Virus record (IMG/VR): IMGVR_UViG_3300047564_002270
Coordinates: 32,001 to 96,000 of that record
DNA from: a virus
Direction: 5' to 3' (one strand)
Length of the DNA stretch: 64,000 nt
The position numbers and the translations under genes are program-made. The notes beneath the pieces were generated by a model that did no database searches, was not told where the DNA came from, and saw nothing but the letters and a program-made list of their open reading frames with translations. Position 1 is the stretch's first letter, and each line of letters opens with the position of its first letter. Below, in pieces: positions 52,835 through 61,889 of this stretch.

Positions 52835-54178
52835 ATGTCAAATCAACAGGTTAATGCTTCCGATATTAAAACATTTACTATCTTTCCTACCAATGGAGAT
52901 GATAAAGATAAAGGAGTTGATATTGTAGCCTTAATTCAAGAGTTGAAATATTATGAAAATGTTCTATCAAACTCATTATCTTTGAGTGTTATTGTTGCGG
53001 ATAGTGGAGGATTGGAACTTTATAAAGATAATATGATAGGTATTTTGGACGGAATACCTATTAGAGGTGGAGAAAGAGTTGCTATAGAATTTTCAGACTC
53101 TCAAGAGAAAGAAACTACTTTATCTTTTGGCACTCATAGTTTTTATATTAATAGGATTAAAAACGTTAATCCTGGAACATCCAATGATGTCTTTATTTTG
53201 GAATTATGCACAAGAGAATTTTTGGCAAATGAACAAGCCAGAGTTGTTAAAAGATATGATGGAAAAATATCTGACAGTATTAGAACAATACTGACTGACC
53301 CAAAAGGTCTGAAGACAAAGAAAAATTTGGATATCGATGCAACAGTTCTTCCATATAACTTTATAGGAAATGACAGAAAACCTTTCTATATTTGCACTTG
53401 GTTAGCATCTAAAAGTGTTCCAGAAGCATCCGGAAAAATTAATGGTGCTGCCGGTTATTTCTTTTTTGAAACATATGACGGATTTAAATTTAAATCGATT
53501 GATGTTTTACTTTCCCAACCACCAAAGGATAAGAAAAAATTTGTTTATACTAACGCACCAAATATAGAAGGACCAACAGATTATACTACAAAGATTACCT
53601 ATGTTTCTATTGAAAGAGATATGGATTTGCAACAAAATCTTTTGATGGGAACTTATGCAAATCGTAGTTTGTTCTTTGATTTTTATGCAATGGATTATGA
53701 AATAAGAAATTATAATTTAAAGAACGATCAGAAGGATAAAATTAAACCTGCAGAAGATAATATATTATTTGTTCCTGATGAATTTACACAAACTCCATCA
53801 AGATTTATGAATTTACTTCTGGATCTTGGAGCATTGCCATCTGGAGAAACGCCAGACAAACAACTTGAAACTTGGAAAAATAATCCCAAGCAACCTAACT
53901 TTGATGCACCTCAGACAATGGTTCAAGCAATTATGAGATATAATCAACTATATACAATTAAGACTAACATTGTTATTCCAGGTGATTTTAGTCTTAGGGC
54001 AGGTGATATAATTGAATGTGATTTTCCAGATCTGTCTAAAAAGAACAGTAAAGAGCCAAATAAAGAGACGAAAGGATTATATTTAATTGCCAGTTTATGT
54101 CATAGGATTACACCCAATGATACTTATACAAGTTTAACACTCGTTCGTGATTCGTTCAACAGCACTACCATCAAGTAA
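52835..54178 (+). CDS. baseplate hub protein (gp27-like)
   Basis: YYENV, IRGGE, GYFFFET..GF.FKSID, IPG...LRAGD, G.YLI..LCH. Confidence 0.75.
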   Translation: MSNQQVNASDIKTFTIFPTNGDDKDKGVDIVALIQELKYYENVLSNSLSLSVIVADSGGLELYKDNMIGILDGIPIRGGERVAIEFSDSQEKETTLSFGTHSFYINRIKNVNPGTSNDVFILELCTREFLANEQARVVKRYDGKISDSIRTILTDPKGLKTKKNLDIDATVLPYNFIGNDRKPFYICTWLASKSVPEASGKINGAAGYFFFETYDGFKFKSIDVLLSQPPKDKKKFVYTNAPNIEGPTDYTTKITYVSIERDMDLQQNLLMGTYANRSLFFDFYAMDYEIRNYNLKNDQKDKIKPAEDNILFVPDEFTQTPSRFMNLLLDLGALPSGETPDKQLETWKNNPKQPNFDAPQTMVQAIMRYNQLYTIKTNIVIPGDFSLRAGDIIECDFPDLSKKNSKEPNKETKGLYLIASLCHRITPNDTYTSLTLVRDSFNSTTIK

Positions 54179-54179
54179 A

Positions 54180-54395
54180 ATGGACAGAACACTTCAGCAA
54201 CATATTAATGATGATCTTGATGAATTAAATAACCCAACTACTAGTGGTCAACGCCGTCGTCATCTTGAAGAAGAAGTTGAGGCACTTGAACAGTATCAAG
54301 TAAATCATCCTGATGAAAATTATGATCCAACACCATTAGAGTTATATTGCGATTCTAACCCAAGTGCCTTAGAGTGTAGAGTATACGATGATTGA
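54180..54395 (+). CDS. cp12: Calvin cycle inhibitor CP12
   Basis: C-terminal PTPLELYCDSNPSALECRVYDD. Confidence 0.9.
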   Translation: MDRTLQQHINDDLDELNNPTTSGQRRRHLEEEVEALEQYQVNHPDENYDPTPLELYCDSNPSALECRVYDD

Positions 54396-57333
54396 ACAGG
54401 AATTATTTAAAAAACATTTTCTAGGTAGAGATGGATTTGTCTGGTGGGTCGGGCAGATTGCCGATGCCAAAATGTGGAAGACAAATCAACCTGGAAAAAG
54501 AACTTTAACTAATGCAGATCATAAAGGATTTGCTGAAAGATATAGAGTTCGTATTATGGGATACCATACTGCTGACAAAGAAGCATTAAAAGATAATGAT
54601 CTTCCTTGGGCAACAATAATGTATCCCGTGACTGCAGGTTCTGGAGGAGCAACAGCATCTGAGTCGGCCCAACTTAGACAAGGAACTTTTGTCTTTGGTT
54701 TCTTTATGGATGGTGAAGATGGGCAAGTTCCCGTCATTATGGGAGTTCTTGGGTATAATGAATATACCACAGTAATGCGTAATGTTCCTCCAGTTCCTTT
54801 TCTTCCTTTTGATGGATATGAAAAATTAGATAGAAGATCTCAGCAGGCAATTAAAGAAAAAAAGGAAAAGGTTCAGGCAACTCAAGTAAAACCACCAGGA
54901 AGAACTCCTGTAGATCCACAACCAACAATTCAACAATCAACAGTAGGTCAAAATCAATCTAATCATTCTGCTCAAGAAGAGTCTCAAAAGAAAGAAGGAA
55001 ATATTCCAACACCTGAAGCAAAACCAAGACGTGATGGTCCCAATCAAATTAAAGGATTGCAAATTGATATTCGTAATCTAGTTCAAAAAGTAGAATTAAT
55101 TACAAGAGATCTTTCAAAATTTGGAACAGAACAAAAAGGATTAATTAATAAGTATTCCGAAAAAATACAAAAGGCAATGGATGAGGCAACTAAGTTTGTC
55201 TCAGAAAAAGTTAAGTGGATCGTTAAAGAATTAAGAAAAAATACTGTAGAGAGAGTTAATAATGCAGTAAAAGATACTTATTATTTCTTTTTCCCAAACG
55301 AAAGACCTAAAGTAAAAGCAGCACAGGATAAAGCATTAAATAAAATTTCCTGTGTCTTTGATAAAGTAGTTAAGGGTCTGTTTGGTTTAGTTGGAAAATT
55401 CTTAGGATCACTCGTTAGTAAAATTGTAAATGTTGCTGCTTGTGTGATTGAAAATTTTGTTGGTGGTTTGGTTGGGAAAATAGCAGGATTTCTTTCTGGT
55501 GCTCTTGATAATATTTTAACACCTTTAAATTCTCTACTTGGGTTAGTTTCAAGTATAGGTGCAGTGGGAAATTCTTTAAAAGGATTTAGTGGATTTAAAA
55601 TCGATGCCGTTGCAAATGTTTTTGAGTCAGTTAAATCTTTACGTGGTTTCTTTAGTTGTGAAACAAAACCAGTTTCTCAGGTCACTGACCAATGGAGTAT
55701 ATGGCAGGGGGCAGGTGATAATGGAGAGTCTCTTGCAAAATTAAAGTCAGTATTCGATAAAGCAAAGTCAGTTGGAAGTCAAGCAGTTAGTGCAGTAAAT
55801 CAAGTTACTTCACTTGGAGATTCTATTGGAAGTTCATTAAAGAGTTTAGATTTTTCAGATTTATTTGAGGATACTTGTAATGTTGGCGCAATCTTATGTG
55901 GTCCACCGAAGGTTTCCTTTTTTGGAGGTGGAGGTTTTGGGGCAGCAGCAAATGCTATTGTAAGTGCATCTGGGGATATTATTGGAGTTGATATGATTAG
56001 TCCTGGATCTGGTTATATTGATGCTCCTTTTGTTTCTTTTAGCGACCCTTGCGGAAAGGGTAGGGGTGCAGTAGGAAAAGTAGTTTTGAATAACTTTAAT
56101 AAAGGTGGATCCGGAACAGGACTTGGTTTAGATTCTACTCTAGTTAACTTAGCTAATCAAAATAATTTTTGGTCAGGAGACGAAAATCTAGCATTGTTTG
56201 ATCAGATTTCAAATTCAACTAATTTGGATCCAAATTCTTCAGCAGGAGGAACTGGAACTGACGGAACTGGAACTGGAACTGACGGAACTGGAACTGACGG
56301 AACTGGCGGAACTGGAACTCCAAATAATGATAATATTATTGGAGTCCCTATAGAAATATCTTTAGGTTCTTCTGGAATTGATTATGAAAATTCTTCAAAT
56401 GTTTCCACAATAGGAGGATCCGGAACTGGATTGACAGTCAATATAGAAACTGAGGATGATATTAATCTGGACGAAGATGATGCAATAGGTGGAGCAATTG
56501 TTAGTATTTCGATTTATGATCCTGGAGTTGATTATAAGGTCGGAGATATTGTAAGTATTGAAGGTGGTAGTGGAGGAACATTCAGAATTGATAAAGTTGA
56601 AGGTCCAGCATCTGGGATTGCTGTAAATTCTCAGACTCCATCTGCAGGGGGGATAGCGAGAGTTATTATTATAGATCCTGGAACTGGATATTTACCCGCC
56701 CCCGATGGTGATACTGGTGGGGAAGGAAGAATATGGAAAACAAAAGATCAAACAGAAGTGAGGAGATCGACTTTAGATTATGATAGACCTTACGATCCTG
56801 GTCAAACTATTAATTTAAATCCAGGAGATACAGTTAATCTTCCAATAGGATCTTCGGAAACTATTTCTGATGTAAATGGAAATATTCTGGAAGTTATTCC
56901 CGGTGGAGTTCCATATACTGTTTCCAATTCGGGGACAATTACTGCTCCTGTTGGAATTCAAACCTCTATTATACCAGAATCTCCTACGTTATCTAACGGT
57001 CAATATCCTGTCGTATTGGAACTTGAAGAAGTTTATGTGAAAAATTCTGGGTTTGAGTATAACCCAGAAGATAAAATTGTTATGGAACCAAATCTAGGTG
57101 CAATTTTAGAACCAATTTTTAATGATGTTGGATCCTTACTTGGAGTCAATATTATAAGAGGTGCAGAAGGATTTACTGAGATGCCTGAAATTTATATTGA
57201 AACTGAAACTGGTTATAATGCAGAATTGGTTCCAGTATTCAAGGTAAATAGAGTTGGAGATAATATTGATGTTATGCGTCCTTCCTTGGGAGAGAAAGTA
57301 ATTTCAGTTATTGATTGTGTAGGTAAATTCTAA
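54388..57333 (+). CDS. gp5: baseplate hub/spike protein, gp5 N-terminal OB-fold
   Basis: FVWWVGQI...RYRVRIMGYH...LPWA...VFGFFMDG...Q.P.IMG; repeated I...GSGY...P modules. Confidence 0.85.
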   Translation: MIEQELFKKHFLGRDGFVWWVGQIADAKMWKTNQPGKRTLTNADHKGFAERYRVRIMGYHTADKEALKDNDLPWATIMYPVTAGSGGATASESAQLRQGTFVFGFFMDGEDGQVPVIMGVLGYNEYTTVMRNVPPVPFLPFDGYEKLDRRSQQAIKEKKEKVQATQVKPPGRTPVDPQPTIQQSTVGQNQSNHSAQEESQKKEGNIPTPEAKPRRDGPNQIKGLQIDIRNLVQKVELITRDLSKFGTEQKGLINKYSEKIQKAMDEATKFVSEKVKWIVKELRKNTVERVNNAVKDTYYFFFPNERPKVKAAQDKALNKISCVFDKVVKGLFGLVGKFLGSLVSKIVNVAACVIENFVGGLVGKIAGFLSGALDNILTPLNSLLGLVSSIGAVGNSLKGFSGFKIDAVANVFESVKSLRGFFSCETKPVSQVTDQWSIWQGAGDNGESLAKLKSVFDKAKSVGSQAVSAVNQVTSLGDSIGSSLKSLDFSDLFEDTCNVGAILCGPPKVSFFGGGGFGAAANAIVSASGDIIGVDMISPGSGYIDAPFVSFSDPCGKGRGAVGKVVLNNFNKGGSGTGLGLDSTLVNLANQNNFWSGDENLALFDQISNSTNLDPNSSAGGTGTDGTGTGTDGTGTDGTGGTGTPNNDNIIGVPIEISLGSSGIDYENSSNVSTIGGSGTGLTVNIETEDDINLDEDDAIGGAIVSISIYDPGVDYKVGDIVSIEGGSGGTFRIDKVEGPASGIAVNSQTPSAGGIARVIIIDPGTGYLPAPDGDTGGEGRIWKTKDQTEVRRSTLDYDRPYDPGQTINLNPGDTVNLPIGSSETISDVNGNILEVIPGGVPYTVSNSGTITAPVGIQTSIIPESPTLSNGQYPVVLELEEVYVKNSGFEYNPEDKIVMEPNLGAILEPIFNDVGSLLGVNIIRGAEGFTEMPEIYIETETGYNAELVPVFKVNRVGDNIDVMRPSLGEKVISVIDCVGKF
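56245..56320 (+). repeat. GGAACT/GACGGAACT tandem repeat (Gly-Thr-Asp linker)
   Basis: Direct inspection. Confidence 0.85.
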
Positions 57334-57917
57334 TGGCAGAAAAGAAAAATTATCACGCCCATAGAAAAGGGACAAAGGATAGCGAAACTAAGAGAGGACA
57401 TATTCATAACGATAATGTTCTATCTGCTTATATGGTTCGTAGTGGATATGACTATCGACATTATATGACAATGGATGCAGATGCTCATAGAACTGGATGG
57501 ACGATCCTCAGATGCCCTGGAGCATTTAATGTTAAGGCAGGTGATGATATTCCATATAATTCAAATTCAATTTATTTTGAAGCAATTAATGGTGATATTG
57601 TTTTAAAAGCAAAAAATGGAAGAATTAAACTTGATGCTGAAAATATACAATTGATTGCTAAAGGCGGTAGTAATAAAACTGGAACAATTCTTTTAGAGTC
57701 TAACGAAGATATTACATTAAACTCTAAGAATATTAGATTGAATGCTGACTCTGTCTGTAAGTTCTTTTCTTCTGGATCGATGCAAATAGTAGCAGATGCT
57801 TCTATGGACATTTATGCAGGTCTAGCTGATTGTGCTACAGGAGCTTGTAAAATTAAAAAATCTAAATATCCATCTAAAATTGCAAAGATACATAATAAAG
57901 GAAACTTTGTAGTTTAA
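57333..57917 (+). CDS. spike beta-helix-like protein (gp5 C-terminal-like)
   Basis: GDIVLKAKNGRIKLDAENIQL beta repeats; coupled to gp5. Confidence 0.65.
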   Translation: MAEKKNYHAHRKGTKDSETKRGHIHNDNVLSAYMVRSGYDYRHYMTMDADAHRTGWTILRCPGAFNVKAGDDIPYNSNSIYFEAINGDIVLKAKNGRIKLDAENIQLIAKGGSNKTGTILLESNEDITLNSKNIRLNADSVCKFFSSGSMQIVADASMDIYAGLADCATGACKIKKSKYPSKIAKIHNKGNFVV

Positions 57918-57925
57918 TATAGAAA

Positions 57926-58714
57926 ATGGCATTTTCTTTCGATGATATTGCTATAGGAAAAAGATTTTTCCTTGGATTTGGAAAACCTGAAATTTTAGGA
58001 AGAGGTCCAGCAGAAATTCGTGGATCTATGTTTGCTGAAGGTCCTGCTATTTTTGGGAACGCTACAGCATTTCCTTCTATTTGGGCAACTGTAATGATTG
58101 GCCCAAATAAGAATAGAGATTCACCCCCCTGCGTAATTCCTGGAAATTTAGCTGCTTGTGGAGGAGTCAATAATTCTCCATACTCTCTTGCAGTCAAAGG
58201 AAATGCTGCTATTTTTAATCATTTAGATGTTTCCAGAAATATTACTGCAGGAACTAATATTTTCGCAGGGGGCAATATTAGAGCACAGGGTGATGTTGTT
58301 TCTCATTGTGGTGGACATCGTTTATCTAATAAGAAAAACTTTGATATTCCCCATCCATCAAAAGAAGGTTGGAGACTGAGACACACTTGTCCAGAAAGTC
58401 CTTCCAATGATGTTTATATTCGAGGTAGAGTTAAAAATAAAACCACAATCGAACTTCCAGAATACTGGAAAGATTTTGTAGATACTAAAAATATCACAGT
58501 TACATTGACTCCAATTGGTTCTCACCAAAGTGTAATCGTAAAGAGTTGGGATAATGAAAAAGTTTATCTCCAATCAAATGGTGGTTTGCCAATTGATTGT
58601 TTCTACACAATCTATGCAGAAAGAGTTGATGGTGACAAACTCATTCCCGAATATGAAGGATTGACGCCTGATGAATATCCAGGAGATAATGGTGAATATA
58701 ATATTAATACTTGA
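57926..58714 (+). CDS. structural protein with cyanophage fibre-type C-terminal domain
   Basis: KNFDIPHPSK...LRH.CPE.P...VY.RG...IELP.YW. Confidence 0.7.
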   Translation: MAFSFDDIAIGKRFFLGFGKPEILGRGPAEIRGSMFAEGPAIFGNATAFPSIWATVMIGPNKNRDSPPCVIPGNLAACGGVNNSPYSLAVKGNAAIFNHLDVSRNITAGTNIFAGGNIRAQGDVVSHCGGHRLSNKKNFDIPHPSKEGWRLRHTCPESPSNDVYIRGRVKNKTTIELPEYWKDFVDTKNITVTLTPIGSHQSVIVKSWDNEKVYLQSNGGLPIDCFYTIYAERVDGDKLIPEYEGLTPDEYPGDNGEYNINT

Positions 58715-58717
58715 TTT

Positions 58718-59386
58718 ATGAAGATCCACGAAGTTTTTCCCATAGTTGTTGCCCAAGACGAAATAGACGTTCATCAAGAATTTAAAACCAAATACTTTGA
58801 AGAACTTAAAACTCTTTGGTTTAATGGATATGAAAATGAGACTCCCGAAAACTCCGGGAGATGTGCTCTTCATTTAAATCCAAACTATAAATTTTTCTTT
58901 GAGTCATTAAAAAGATCTGTTACTAAGTATCTTGATTTGATGGAAGTTGATTCCCATAAATTAAGTTTTCATATTACTAAATCTTGGATTGGATATCATA
59001 ATAAAGATATACCTCAATTAAAACCACATACTCATAATGCATCTGATATTTCTTTTTGTTATTATATTTCTTCCGATCAATCTTCGGATAAATTCTGTGT
59101 TCATAACAAAGAAAACTTGAATGAGGTTTCAGATGCACTCTTTGAAACCAGTAATAAATATAATTTGATTAGGAAGTTTAATCGATACAACTGTGATTAT
59201 TATACAATTACCCCTCACGAAGGAACGGTTGTTATATTTCCCAGTAAATTAATTCACTCAACTTTAAAGAAGGATAATTTAACTGATAGATATGTAATAG
59301 CAGGTGACATTAAACTCTGTTTAAAAGAAGAATATAAATTATATCATCAGACACTGCCTCACCCAAATCAATGGTTGTCATTTTAA
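58718..59386 (+). CDS. 2OG-Fe(II) oxygenase-like (TIGR02466-like)
   Basis: SW......PHTH...IS..YY; P.EG.VVIFPS.L.H; R. Confidence 0.8.
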   Translation: MKIHEVFPIVVAQDEIDVHQEFKTKYFEELKTLWFNGYENETPENSGRCALHLNPNYKFFFESLKRSVTKYLDLMEVDSHKLSFHITKSWIGYHNKDIPQLKPHTHNASDISFCYYISSDQSSDKFCVHNKENLNEVSDALFETSNKYNLIRKFNRYNCDYYTITPHEGTVVIFPSKLIHSTLKKDNLTDRYVIAGDIKLCLKEEYKLYHQTLPHPNQWLSF

Positions 59387-59397
59387 GGAATTAAATT

Positions 59398-61887
59398 ATG
59401 AATGAAGAAGAATATCTTGCTATGCTATTGGAACAACAACTTGTTCCAGAAGATGCTCCCCCCGATCCACTACCGGCAGCAACACAGGATGTCTTCTTTA
59501 ATGTTGACAATGAGACAGGAACTGTCGGAATAGGAACTTCTCAAGCAGTCAATGCAAGAGTTCATATTGTATCTAGAGATCCTTTTCCTGCAGTTAGAAT
59601 CATTCAAAAGGGGACTGGAGATGTTCTTTTAATTGATAATAAAGATCTTGCAGATCAGAATGATCCTCCCACTACACCATACTTTAATATTAAAAATGAT
59701 GGAAGAATTGGTGTAGGAACAACAGTTCCATTAGCAGAAATGCATCTTGTCACTGAAGGTGAGGGTGATATTCTAATTGGTGGTGTCATAGGAACAGGAC
59801 CTTTAGTTTCTCCTACAGACTCTGGCATATTCTTTTCTGGATTAGGTAACACAGTTTCTTCAGGTCTTTTTACCGAAGTTGATGGGTTGTTAGTTGATCT
59901 CGCAGCAAACGTAGAACAAGTTGGAACCGTAGATACAAGTCGAGTTGGTGGAATTATTCGACTGGATACTCGTAAAGAAGGTGAATACAGTTCAGACCTT
60001 GGAGATTATAATAGCTTTACGCTCAAAGGGTATCCGATTGGACTGGGAACTACAGGAGAATATAATGTCTTAACCGCAAATCTTGATACTGCAGACATTC
60101 ATATTGCGCCTGTGAAGGGTGAAGTGTATGTAGGTGCATATTCTTCTACTACATCTCTTGGAATTGCAACGGATATTATTGATGAACAATATCGTTTTTA
60201 TGTAAATGGCAATGCTGGAATTGCAGGAACATTATCTCTTCCAGATGATTCTAAAATAACTGTCGGAGTCTCAAGTGATCTTTCAATATATCATGATCCA
60301 GTAACAAACAATAGTTATATACTTGAAAATAATACAACGGGTAACTTAGTAATTGCTGGTGATAATATTGAGTTTAAAGATACTTCATTAACAGAAAATT
60401 ACGCAGTCTTTACAACTAATGGTGCAGTAGAACTATACTATGATAATGTTAAGAAACTTGAGACAACTGCAGATGGTGTCTTTATTGGTGCTCTAGGATT
60501 TTCAACGACTGGAATTATAAGTGGACCTCAAGAAATTATAATCGATCCTGCAGTTGTTGGTGATGATACTGGAATTGTAAGAATTAAAGGGGACCTCTAT
60601 GTAGATGGTGGAACCACACAGATCTATTCTAGCGTTGTTATGATTGCCGATGCTAGAGTTGGAATTGCGACTACAATATCTGATAGTTTTTTACTAAATG
60701 ATGCTGGAATTGAAATTGGTATTGGAGCAAGTCAGAAGAGATTTGCGTATAATTATATAACCGATTCTTTAAGATCCTCAGAAAATATTAATATTTTCCC
60801 AATTGATAAGGTATATAAAATAGACGGAAATACTGTTCTGAGTATATCGACAGTCGGATCTTCTGTTACAACTTCTTCTTTGGAAGAAGTAGGAATCTTG
60901 CAAAGGTTGAGAGTTAGTGGTCTATCCACTCTAAATGACCTTTATGTGAGTGGAGTGGCTACTGTTCCTAATCTTAATGTTACTAATTTAAATCTACCTT
61001 CTGGAATAGCAACGATTGGTTATGCAACTATTACTGCAGCAAATATAGGTGTTGCTACGATTGGGTTTGGTTCAGTTCAAAATTTAATTGTTCCTACAAC
61101 TGGAATTGCAACAATTGGAATTGCAACAATTGGAATTGCAACAATTGATAATGCAAGAATTACAAATCTTGCTTTAGGAACTACTGATGGGTCTCCATTA
61201 GGTCAAGTTGGAATTTTGACAATTGCAGCACTGTCCCCATTTGGTCAATTTGGTGGTGGTTTTATTGGTTCTGAAGCTCAGGTTTTAATCGCAACTGGAA
61301 GCACATATTTTAACAACACTGGAATTGGTATAAGTTGGTCAGAATTTTCTCTTTCTGCTATTGGAGGAACTACTGGTATTGCTATCACAGCAGTTGACCC
61401 CCTTACAGATACTAGAGAATTTTATTTACCCGGAGTTCCTACTGAAGATGTAGATGGAGCGTTGAGTGGAGTTGCTATTGCGGCAACAATGTATGCGGGG
61501 GGATTGAAATATAGCCCATCAACTAGAACATTATCTGATTTAAATGGTAATTTCAGAGCAATTCCTCCAAGAGATCCAATACCAGAAGCAGCTCCTGCAG
61601 CTATTACATCAGCAGATGTCGGTAAATCTAGAATAGTTCTTAGTAATATTACTATACAGAATGGAGATTTTCAAGTCGGAGATGCAGTTACAATCGTAAA
61701 TAGAAATACTGTCACAATCAGTATTTTGACCGGAGGATCTACTCTCATTTTAGGTGCTCAAAATAGTAATACATCATCAAATAGAAACTTATCTAGAAAT
61801 GGTATTGCGACTTTATTATGTGTGGATAGGCAAGCCTCTGGTCCAGGGTTTACTAATACATTTTTAATTTCTGGAGTTGGTCTATAA
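59398..61887 (+). CDS. tail fibre protein
   Basis: VGIGT repeats, GAVELYYDNVKKLETT, GIATI repeats, C-terminal R.L...G.ATL...ISG.GL. Confidence 0.8.
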   Translation: MNEEEYLAMLLEQQLVPEDAPPDPLPAATQDVFFNVDNETGTVGIGTSQAVNARVHIVSRDPFPAVRIIQKGTGDVLLIDNKDLADQNDPPTTPYFNIKNDGRIGVGTTVPLAEMHLVTEGEGDILIGGVIGTGPLVSPTDSGIFFSGLGNTVSSGLFTEVDGLLVDLAANVEQVGTVDTSRVGGIIRLDTRKEGEYSSDLGDYNSFTLKGYPIGLGTTGEYNVLTANLDTADIHIAPVKGEVYVGAYSSTTSLGIATDIIDEQYRFYVNGNAGIAGTLSLPDDSKITVGVSSDLSIYHDPVTNNSYILENNTTGNLVIAGDNIEFKDTSLTENYAVFTTNGAVELYYDNVKKLETTADGVFIGALGFSTTGIISGPQEIIIDPAVVGDDTGIVRIKGDLYVDGGTTQIYSSVVMIADARVGIATTISDSFLLNDAGIEIGIGASQKRFAYNYITDSLRSSENINIFPIDKVYKIDGNTVLSISTVGSSVTTSSLEEVGILQRLRVSGLSTLNDLYVSGVATVPNLNVTNLNLPSGIATIGYATITAANIGVATIGFGSVQNLIVPTTGIATIGIATIGIATIDNARITNLALGTTDGSPLGQVGILTIAALSPFGQFGGGFIGSEAQVLIATGSTYFNNTGIGISWSEFSLSAIGGTTGIAITAVDPLTDTREFYLPGVPTEDVDGALSGVAIAATMYAGGLKYSPSTRTLSDLNGNFRAIPPRDPIPEAAPAAITSADVGKSRIVLSNITIQNGDFQVGDAVTIVNRNTVTISILTGGSTLILGAQNSNTSSNRNLSRNGIATLLCVDRQASGPGFTNTFLISGVGL

Positions 61888-61889
61888 TT